Shown piece after piece: positions 53,619 through 64,000 of a stretch of 64,000 nt of DNA. Origin of the DNA: Klebsormidium nitens (taxonomy: Eukaryota > Plantae > Klebsormidiophyceae); assembly GCA_000708835.1 (NCBI GenBank), contig DF237099.1, positions 1 to 64,000 on the forward strand, given 5' to 3'. Numbering within the stretch: the first letter of the stretch is position 1; each line of letters opens with the position of its first letter. Position numbers and translations under genes: made by a program. The notes under the pieces were generated by a model that was not told the DNA's origin, ran no database searches, and saw only the letters and a program-made list of their open reading frames with translations.

Positions 53619-55262
53619 CTGTCTCTTTCAATCAGATTGGCGCACAAACAGGAAAAGACCCAATGGACCCTCAAAGCATTATTCTTCTACAAGTAGGGCT
53701 CCTGCCACGACTAGACTAAAGTGAAGCTGTTTTGCCTTCGCAGCATGAAGCGCTTCAGCTAAAGCAGAATCGACCAAGGATTGGCGCAAACTGTGCGCTG
53801 ATGGTGGTAAGCGAGCGGCGAAGGCAACAGCGCGCGTCTGGCCCTTTGAGGATGCCAGACGCGGAAAACTTCAGTGCATGGAGGCTTTCAACCAGCATTG
53901 GCTGCTCAGATTCAACGTGAGGCTGGAGCAGGCTTGCCGCAAGACTGAGTATGCGGTGCATGATCTGGATGCATGCTTTCCAATGCAGTCGAGCGGGTTT
54001 CCGTCAAGTAGTGACTGCAGTTGAACAAAAGCGCGCGCTCTGCTTCCAAAATTGGATTGCCACGTGACAACCCGACAATTGAGTCTGTGAGAATATGAGT
54101 CAGGCAAATTGTCATCAACTGCAGATTGTCATCAACTGATAGATCTATGCTCCACCGTGGACTCGCTTCACATTTAGCCTGACTTCACACGGGTGCCTGC
54201 AGTCGAAATACCCGCACTCGAAGTTCTCGTATTTCTCGATCCGAGATAACCTTCATGCAGACGTTCGAGTAATTGCTGCAGTGACGAAATAACGAGGGTT
54301 AGCCGCAAGGAAAACGGGTACGCGCGCTTGGGCGCGGCCGCCCTTCCTCTTAAACCCTTCAAACCCTTGGTAGTCTAGGCCTTCACGTGACCTCCGGATA
54401 AGGATGACGGGCAGCCCCGCACACAGACGTAATTTGCAAAGTACTCGGACATGACTAAACTCTAACTCCGACTCAGTGACCCAAGGAAGAGATATATTGA
54501 CAAGTAAGGCACCTTGGAGTTGCAATTTATTCTTCAATTGTTTATGGCCATACTTACGAAGTGTGTATGGAAGCATGCCATGATGAGCATGATGTAGCAT
54601 GAGAGGCTCCGCAGAAATACGCGGCTGATGTACATAGTGCACTGCCGGCGGCGGCGGCGGCAGTGTATACCGTAGTACCCCTTCTTTAGCATGGAGAACC
54701 CCGTTAATCTCGCGTCACACTGTCACCTGTACATCAGCGCTTTTGCCATCATATTGCCCCCATATGATACCTCCATGCGCCCTGGGTGATGCGAAAGCAA
54801 AAAATTGAATTGTGTGCTGCATGGAGCAAACGCGACTGCTCAAGCGACCGATTATATATAGAGCCATATTGGTACCTAGTGCCAGATTGAGCAAGTGACT
54901 TGCTCGGGCCCCTTGGACTCGCACCCAAGATGTTGTTTTCAACGGAGCATGTTCGATATCTCCAAGTTGAAGGCGGGGAGTACAGATTGTCGTCGAAGTC
55001 CGTCAGAATTCGCACCTAGCGCAAATGCAGACTGGCCGTACACCAACATCTTGGGTGCGAGGTTAAAGGCTTCGAGTCGGCCAGCTTTCAACAACGTCCT
55101 CTATGCAGTTGTTTCCAAGTACGTACTTTGATTGCAGCACGCTCGGCCTGCTAAGTGTGCCCTTTGTGCAGAATCATTCATGTCCACCTCGAAATGGAGG
55201 AGCCTGTTCGTTCTTGCAATGCCAAATAGTGTCTTTTAGTACACCAGAATCTTCGACACGTC

Positions 55263-58200
55263 CTACGCCTTCTTCATAACCTTTGCAGCCACTTTGCTCG
55301 ATTCGTAGGCATACGCAGCGACCGCCACAATTGCTGTAGCAATGACGCCAATTCCCGACGAGTATAGGAGGGCCGCAGAGCTCGTGGGGTCGGCCGTGCT
55401 GTCAAAGTATTGGGGGGCGGTGTACTTGCACCCAAGCTCGGACAGCTTCTTGTGGGACTCGGCGTACTCCTTGAAGAACACGTCCTCATCCTGCGGTTGA
55501 CAAACAGGCAAAGTGCTGAAAACGGGCCGGTTGACAAATAGGCGAAGTGCTAAGAAACGGGCCAGCGCTCATGAGGCTTTGATAACGAATCAGAGCAACG
55601 TCGAACTCTGGTGGAGCTCGCGATTGAAGGGAGCCTTTGGATATGAGGTGTGATAATGTCGGAAGGATGTTGATCCCTGACGATCTCTGCCGTTTGGTGA
55701 ACATAATTCTCGTCCGACTGCGACGTTGCACACCGTTGAGCAACTACACGTGAACGGGAGGCCCGGAAAAACGCTGTTCAGCTTTGCCTCGGAATTCCTT
55801 CCCAGAAACAGGTTGGTAGTAGACAGGCATACAGCCTCCGAAACACGCTCTGTTGCGGACAAAACCATTGGCACAAGCTTTTCAATTCGAAGCTCTAGAA
55901 CGAACACATAGTTAACCATGAGAGGTAGTCAATGAGCGCGACCCACCTTGGCGTACTTCTCGACGTGCGGCCGGAACTTGGGATCCGTCACGAGCGCCTT
56001 GTCGGTTGGCAGCTTCAGCAGGTTCGCCTTGTCGGCAGCCAGCAGCTCGCTGCGAAGCGAAACACGTTGATAAGCAATGGGACAACCAACACGCGTGCCA
56101 GCACTATCAATGTTACTGGGGAAGATACTCACGGGAAGTTTAGGCAATCGCGCTTGTCTGGGGGGCGAAAGGCGAGAAGGCTCTTTAGAGATGATTGCAG
56201 AAAAGGGGTCAGAGAGAAAGGGTGCTTGTTGAGCAAAAAGCCTCGTCAATCTGGCAAAAAGAAAGGAGAAACGACACCGTGCGCAATGGAGATACAAGCA
56301 AGCAACTCCGGCTAATTGCTAGAAGTACACGAAGGTCCCTTGTCACCTGGACTGGTGTGATTGAGTTCTCCATCAACCACAAGAGATTTCTCATGCACAC
56401 GCCTCCCAGTGCAAGGAAGACAAGGGCGTTCCTGCGGGAATCGCAGATCGTTTCCGCGAGAGAACAAGTGAGTGATTGATTGAGCGGGATGTTCGGGGAA
56501 ATAATATTGGGAGGCTCACATGAAGTAGGAGTTGTCGAACTTTAGCGGGTTGGACGTCCACGGCTTATCTTCGAATCCGGACCGCTCCTTATGCGCACGC
56601 CCCTGCACATGAGAAACTCCAAGTTGGAGTGCCAATTGCCGGGTAGGCCCTGCAGTTTTCCGAGTTGTACAGGCTTGTATTCCTTCCTCGCAAATGAAGC
56701 GCTGTTACTGCTTCTGGGGGAGCGCTGCAGTTCTAGCAACGGAAGCATCAGACTGAGATGTTGTTGGAAGCATCTGAGCCCGACTCCTGTGACCATAATG
56801 ACTTGAAAGGGAAGAACACGAAGAACGACACTTCTGAATCGGTGGAAAAGCTCACGATACACTAGCCCCGCTGGTTCGCAATAAAATGGATCTACAAAAA
56901 TGCTCGATGAAGTATCCCCTCTGACAATTTCAACTTCATGAGCACCGCTACGAGTGCTTGCATGACCATCTTTCAAGAACAGCAGAGGAAAGAGCAAAAA
57001 CTGGTCCGTCAGAGGGCTGCGACTCTTGCAAGCACAAAATGAAACGACCCTACAGAGCGGCAAAGAGTCACTGCACGTAAAAGTAGCAAGTGACTAGGTG
57101 CAATCAGCAAAAGGCAAGCGTACCAGAGTGTGCCCCCCAGAGAGCGCCACGATGTCCTTGTCGCTGAGGCCCATTCTATAGAAGACTGTACGGATGTGGG
57201 AGGCGTCTGCACAGGAGAATGAGAGGTGCAGTGAGCAGACAATATTGTCCACTTCGTACCAGGGTGTCGGTAACTTAAACCAGCATGAGAGCTACCTTTT
57301 ACTGTTGAAAGTGACCGTTATGAGCAAATAATGCACCAATGATACTCGTGCGTCCCAAATCCTCAGAATTTCGGAGGAACGACGTATTTACAGCGCCCAA
57401 AAGCTAGGCTGTGACTCTTGCCCTCAACCAACAAACATACGCTTTCACACCTTCTCGTGCACCTCATCCTGAATACCTTGTCTTTCCTGGCCACCGACTC
57501 GCAGGGGCCTTCAAAATACGAGGAGCAAAAGCCTGATCTGCCGAGTACCTTGCTCCCTCAACACGAGATTTTGAAGCAAGACTAAGCCCTTGAGAGATTG
57601 CTCACCTTTGCCGCCGTCAGGAAGACGTCCCTCGGGTGGACAGGCCAGAGAATCCGGCCGTCCTGCAGAGAAGCAACCGGACGCTTCAAGGACGGATCCC
57701 ACCAACCTGTCAATCTCTACGGGACAGGAGAGAAGCAACAACAGAGACAGATGCCTTGGAAAGGGCCTACGAAGCAGCACGCTTTGTGTCAATAAGAAGC
57801 ATCATCTGACCATCCTTGCCCCGATATGGAGAGCAAACAGAAATCATGCATGGTGCTATTTTGGCTTCTTGAATTTCCTTGGTGACCTTGAAAAGGAATG
57901 CCCCTCCTACTGCTCTTGGAATTCCGGTTAGTTTGTCCCTTGTACGGGCCCTAGTACCATCATTATGCGCAGCAACTACACGTAAGATCGCCCTTCGGCG
58001 TCGTTTGCGCAATTGTGCGCTTACGGGGATCTGCATAAGCAGCTTGCTCAATCTTTACAAGCTATGGTTGGGTGTCTGAATACACACCTGGTGTGAAAGG
58101 AATGCTGGGCCCGCCAGTGATCTCTACTGCAACATAACCACCCAGCTGTAGACAGAAGAACACACGACATTACAATCATCAGCCTCAGCAGATATCGACA

Positions 58201-59620
58201 GTATTCTGATCTCGCAGATACAATTGATCAGGATAAACTGGCATCTCGATGTAAGATCAGCAATCAAGCTGGACATCTACAATTTCTTCAGCTGGGCATT
58301 CAGAAGGATCTCAGGTCAATTGTTAGCTTCAAAAGAAGGCGTAAACAATACCTCTATTCTTGCCTCTATTCTTGATGGACCCCTTTGAGAAAAAGCAGGA
58401 GCACGCGTTATACATTAAAGGCTGACCTGATAGATGTCGGCGTAGGTCAACCCTGGATACTTCTGTTTGAGCGGTTCAAGGATGTCAATGGCAATCTTCA
58501 GGCCGGCATTCGCCCCATGAGCATACTCTCGGTCGCTTCTGATGCTTCCATTAGGTCCCCCCGTCTTTGAGTTGGCGTCATAAGTGCCAGCATCATGCCA
58601 CCTGCATTGGATGATTGCAGGTTGTTCAACTCCCACTAAATCCATCCTTCAGCGTACAGCTGGTTCACGCATTCACTGGTTCGGGGGAACTGAGACAGAA
58701 GACGCTCTTATTTGTGACCTGCACAAAAGAAGGATTGCTGACCGAAAGAAGCTACCTCGACTCACACGAACTGAATCTTCCCCCAGTGTCACACGAACTG
58801 AATCTTCCCCCAGTGTCTGGCCAGTCTTCAACTTAAACAGTGGTACAGGATTTTCCAAAAGAGAGGGGGAAACACACATATAGGCACCGCAATATCACCA
58901 CAATCAGAGATCAAAGATTCTCTTTTGAAGCTACATACATTCTCAAAAAACTCCACCAGCTCCCACATAGCCAGACTTCTAGGCTTCCGAAGTCACACCA
59001 CCAGAAGAGGCATCACAATAATTGTCTGTCTTAGACCAATCTGACAAATTCAGCCAGTAATTTTCAACCAGTAATCTAGTCGAGGCTGAAGTACACAGGT
59101 GGAAGAGAAGCCTCGCCCTCTGAAACGTTTTTGAAAAAGGACATGAGACTATGGCAGCATCACTTTGCCCTCCAATCTTTTCTACTTGGGGCTGTCCGGT
59201 AATTCAGCACATGAACTTTGAAAGCTTACAATTCAGCTGAATCAGCTAGTCAACTTGAATTCTAATGCACGGATCGAATGAGACGACCTGCATAACAACC
59301 ATGCCATTCAGGCACGCAGCTAAGCAGAAGTACACCGGGGACACAAAGCGAATGGCATAAAATCCACAGAACAACCTCAACTGCATCAATCTGCAAAGTA
59401 CCGCAGCCTAACTTCAAACGCTAGGTACATCCCATGTAACAATATACACCACTGGGGAACCTTATAGAGACATCTTGAAAAGCTTTCAGCTTCATCCGAC
59501 CACTCACGCAAGGCGCAGTATCAAAGGAGAACAGTTCTTCTCTGCTAGCAGCGCCCTCAGGTCCCGTCGGCACCGTTCAATATCTTTCTTATACTTCGCA
59601 TCAACGACCGGAGGAGCCAT
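55263..59620 (-). CDS. APX3: L-ascorbate peroxidase, peroxisomal membrane-anchored APX3 type, 299 aa; exons 59620-59508, 58601-58427, 58145-58088, 57662-57606, 57206-57124, 56602-56520, 56049-55947, 55490-55263
   Basis: The product contains [12 protein letters not shown] (distal R/W/H), [27 protein letters not shown] (proximal His and substrate Arg), FDNSYF and [45 protein letters not shown]. It ends in a hydrophobic helix plus basic tail, and phases are consistent. Confidence 0.95.
58770..58817. repeat. ~27-bp tandem duplication in APX intron 1
   Basis: ACTGAATCTTCCCCCAGTGTC occurs twice (CACACGAACTGAATCTTCCCCCAGTGT unit). Confidence 0.8.
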
Positions 59621-60667
59621 TTTCACAAAGAACCCTGACCAAAGCGCTCCTGCTTGCACTGGCAGATTCTGTCAAGCCTAGGACGTCAAGAGAAACTCTG
59701 AAGCAGCATGCCTGCCTCCAGGCTCTGGTCAGTTCTGCTGCTGCGCGCTGGTGACGTACAAACCCTTGCCCACTCAGCACCATGGACTCAAGCACGTGTG
59801 TCCTGATTCTAATTTCAGCTTACCTGCAGGTTCAGTTCTTCAAAGCGTACAGTGGTCACACAGAGAAAGCAGAGTTGGGGTTCTAACCCACCCTAAACCT
59901 TGAGCAAACCCAATTGCATACATCTATATCTGATATAGAACTCGGTCACTCTGTGGCGTGCACCCCGATCAGCAGATTGCAGCCGTGAGATGCCACAGTG
60001 CTTATCGGACGACTCTCGAGCCTCGGTACGTTTCAGCCTCTTTCAGGCAATCTTGACTTCACATCCGCCACACGATCAAATTTCAACCGCGACGGCTGAG
60101 CCGTTTGTCAGGCGGCCTGCTCTGCCCGGCTGCGGGCCATCATGCCTCCGACCCTGATGACAGTGATGTGTCACGTGAGTCCAATTGCACTGCACCAGGT
60201 CCATGGTGCCCGTTCTGCAGGGAATGCCCTGTGCAGGGAATGTTTGCGAAGGGAGGAGCCGCACCTGCGGCCTTGCGTGCTTTGAGCTCTCATGGTGGCC
60301 TGGTCCGTCCGGACCGTCCGTCCTGAGGCAGTGTGCTAATATCGGTTCCATTCTTCTCCCTCTGAGCTGCTTCATGTCCACCTTGGGTCCACAGAGGAAT
60401 GATATAGCCATGTGTAGCTATCAATTGACGCAGCGGGCCTAGTCTTCAAACAAGCGTCCACTTTAACTTGAAAGCTGGGCTTGTTCTGTTCTGTTGGCTG
60501 AGTGTCTGGTGCATAAGTCGGCGTGACAGGAGCTGCCTCTGATCCATATCCAGTTGCAGTTTGTTAGTGATGCATCTCGCCAAGGAGGCGGGGGCAACAT
60601 CAAAAAATTCCGAATTGTGGTGATAAGCACTTGAGCCCTGGGATCAATCTAGGTTCTGCTTTCAACC

Positions 60668-63600
60668 ATGTCCTCAAGCACAAGCAAGAAGCTCAGCCCT
60701 CCTAGGCACCGCCATGACGGGACCTCCCCTCTACCACTAGGGCTGGATGCAAGCAGACCGCCAAGCCAATGGGTAAGGCTGCTTCTCTTCAAAGCTGTCC
60801 TCGATGTTGCTGGACCTTGTGTACTGCAGGGTTTCCTTACAGATTGAAGTGCCTCAAACTAGCTCTTTGATCGTTGTTTTCAGTCGGCAAAATGGGGTTT
60901 CGTTTGCCACTACCGTTCGTTGTTTTCAGAAAGCATTTCATGTTTGCCACTAGCGGGGGTCACCAAATATAGAGGATCTAGAAACAATTGTTGTCAGCCA
61001 TCATTTTATTCGATAGATCATCTCGCTGGTTGAGGGCTTGCAAAGTCACAAGGCTCATGAGTTCAGAGCTCGGGGAGTGCTCCTTTCAATGCGGAGTTGG
61101 ATCTACTACATTCTCTTCTTTCATTTCAACTTATATCGATCGTCGGATCAAGCTTTCAGAAATTCTTTTTCCTATACACGGCACTTCGACGATTCCGCGC
61201 ACTCCTTTCAAAATGAAACCCATAGGTGAAGGACTGGCGAAACTCTTGCCGGTCAAAACCTACCAAAGTACAAACATTCGAACGCTGTGTCGTTCAAACC
61301 AATCAATCTTTTATGTTTAGAGGAACAATGAGGATCGTCATGCATTCTGAACTCTTGCTGCAATGCAAAACAAACCCTGTTAAGCAGGCTTTGGTGGTGA
61401 GGTTGTGGGTTCCTCGTCCCTTGGCTATACCTCATTGGGTGAATGCCAACTTCTGAGGTTTAAACGCTTGCCAGAAATCAGAGTGGGGCTGTAGTGAATA
61501 AATTTTGGGGCGCTTCTATTGCGGCAGGCAACTTTTTATGAGTGTGCACTACTCTCGGAAGTCGGAAAAGGGCAACTTTTTGTGGATCCACCCCCTCCAT
61601 GACAGCATTTTTGAAGGTGCTGAATGCTGTGCTGATGACATGGTGCTAAACCGCATACAACTCGCTGTACAAAGTGACATCTTCTCAATTGTCTAAAATC
61701 CTGCTTCTTGAATCGATGTAGACCGGGAAGTCCACAATTTGGCCCCACGACGCCGGCGGTTGGAGCTACTGCGCCATGATCCCGTCATTCACCACTTCTC
61801 CAAACCGCGCCGGAGGATCGGACACGCAGCCGATCGTGGTAAGCCCTAACCTCACCCTCATACCCTCATCGCATTGAGTCTGTTTCGTTGAAATGAAGTT
61901 TCCCCATGCATTTTGCAAACTTTCTTCCAACATACCTTGGGTGGGGCATAGTGTACAATACACCGGTTGTTGGATCAGGTTACATATGCCTGGAAGTCCT
62001 GCATCTCAACTACAAGGGCCATTGATACTGAAGAGGATGTCTCATTTCTGTGGCTTCTTCCCCTTCTCTAAAGCTCCTTGTCAGTCATCTTGCCTGAACT
62101 TTCATCGATGTTCCGCGCAGTTCTACCGCGTCCAAGTTGGGATCCAGTCCCCGACTGCAGTCAGCACACTGCGGGGCATCCTGCGCCGGTTCAGTGACTT
62201 CCTTAAGCTGCATCTTGCGGTGAGTTTGCTACGCGGGTAGTATGCTCGGTGACTCTTCATGACCATGTAACAGATGCTGCGACGAGGGAGGCTGCAAGTT
62301 TCTTTCCTTTTGCGCCTTCATGATCAATACTGAAAGGTTTGTAAGGTATCTATTTGTTTTGGGAGAATGGACATCGAGCTTTGTGCTTTGAGGGACGTAC
62401 GACTTTTTGCTATGAAATTGGTGATTTGAGCTTGTCGCTTCGTCTCGGAGAATGGTGAGCTGCTGCGCATCCGTGTCTGCCACACCCCTCAAGCCAGTCA
62501 GATCTCACTTGCATGATGGGCTTGGACTTGTTTCTGATGCAGTTGAAGAAAGCGTTTCCTCGCAAGAAGATTGCAGCTCCGCCATCCAAGAAGCAGCTCA
62601 GGCTCACATGGACGGCACAGCTCCTCGAAGAGGTGAGCATCTTGGGCTTGTATTGCTTAATGCCGCTTTCACTGTACTTAGTTCCCGCAAGTGTGGAAGA
62701 GGTCATCGCTCGGAAGAACGCATGTAGAGATTGCAGATTTACTGAAGCAAGGATTGTGCAGGAGCAGAAAGAGAGAGATTGTTTTTCGGAAAACTATCGT
62801 TTGTCTCTCTCATAGATTCTGCTCCATTATCTGGTCATCTATCGGGTTCAACCTCAAGCAGTGCCCAGAACGTAGGCCCGAAACCTACTCTCACTTGACT
62901 TCCCACGCTTTTTCGTTAAGCACGACGCCGCTGAACCTAGTTTACGCCAGACTTTGATTCTACGGCACACCATGTTCGATGCAGAGACGACGAAACTTGG
63001 AGGAATGGCTGCAGCAGCTGTTGGAAGACCTGGACATGTCACGAAGCGCGCCTGTTGCTGTGTTTCTGGAGCTCGAGGCGGTCGCTCGTCATGGTAAGGG
63101 GGACCGCAGAACGCAAGCACCTCTGCGACTTTTCTCGTCAGGTCAGAACTCGCCAAGCGTTTGGCGGCGTTTTGGTGGCTCTTCGCCCGCTCCATATTGC
63201 CACATGGCATGCGAAGCCAAACCTGCTTCATTGAAGGCGCTTACCTGAAACCGCAGGGCTTAGCTGGACAGGAGATACTTCTGGTGTGTTTCATAGGCTA
63301 GAAACTGTATTCTCCAGGGATGCATTCTTGGTCTGCCTTCTTACAAGCTTCTCTGCCACAGCTGCAGCCGTCTCCTCTGGCGACGAGATCCCCGCTACCC
63401 CAACTCTCATCCCCGGCTCCAACCAGTCGGCGCTTGCGCCCTCCCTTCCCAGTCCGTCCAACATCGGGTCCGCTTCTTCCTCTCTCCCCGAATCTCCCCC
63501 CTCTTTCCAAGACGGCGCCCTCTTTGGAAGCGCGACGCCGATGATTGCCAGTTCCGATGCGGAGGACAGCGAAGCGGAATCGACGGCCGGAAGAGGTGGC

Positions 63601-64000
63601 GGGAGGTTTGACGATCCGGGCCGGGGACTGGGTCGGGTTACGGAGTCTCAGTCGGATGAGAGTGTGAATCGGGGGAAGGAGGCGATTGCGAGGGCGGCGG
63701 CGGCACGGGCCGCAGTAGCAGCTCTGAAGAACATGTCGAAAGAAGGGGCAGAATCAGGGGGGGAGTCGATGAGTGACCTGGATAGAAGCGGAGCCACGCC
63801 GGGCGAAAACGGGATCCATACTGAGAGGCCGGAGGGGGGAAGCTTGCAAACGGGTGAGGAAACGGGGGATCGAGAAGCCCTCCGTAATACCCACGAGGCG
63901 ACCGGAGGAGAGGACGGGTTACAGATAGACATGGCCGGTCTGCCGAACGTGCGGGTTCCGTCTTCTCAGCCAGCCCCGTCCCCGAGCAAAAGCGTGGGAG
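60668..64000 (+). CDS. EREL1: PX domain-containing RAB5 effector, EREX/EREL1-like (3' truncated by window end); exons 60668-60772, 61722-61838, 62121-62219, 62543-62632, 62985-63093, 63362->64000
   Basis: The product reads [27 protein letters not shown]...[23 protein letters not shown]...[14 protein letters not shown]...[31 protein letters not shown]...[36 protein letters not shown]. This matches the plant EREX family N-terminus and PX domain. The last exon is open to the window end. Confidence 0.9.

Noticed and set aside
60076-60442. Several overlapping 70-110-aa ORFs between the APX and EREX-like starts
   Set aside because: No recognisable protein; likely 5' UTR or promoter sequence of the divergent genes.

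Overview
This is eukaryotic, intron-rich nuclear DNA with GT-AG introns and an 837-base N gap at 32321-33157. Gene content (EREX-like PX protein, peroxisomal-type APX, RPAP2, COQ5, R2R3-MYB) points to a streptophyte, probably a Klebsormidium-like alga; that assignment is an inference. I assembled about 10 spliced gene models by hand using splice-site and phase consistency: a MYND zinc-finger protein (-), RPAP2/Rtr1 (-), an unknown 2-exon membrane protein (+), an aldo-keto reductase (+), an R2R3-MYB with a ~900-aa tail (-), a long unknown multi-exon protein (-), COQ5 (+), an unknown protein with possible ubiquitin-like domains (-), ascorbate peroxidase (-) and an EREX/EREL-like PX protein (+, truncated by the window end). 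I saw no rRNA, tRNA, CRISPR array or autonomous transposon ORF, and no evidence of a new multi-gene system. The most unusual non-coding signals are: (1) a ~146-nt foldback at 34116-34261 that carries four tandem G.A mismatches, all in a CGAG/CGAG context, so only one strand folds well; (2) a TA-flanked MITE with 19-bp TIRs beside a dense GTAC cluster in the MYB intron; and (3) repeated local duplication of splice junctions in three genes, some of which create in-frame optional exons or acceptors.
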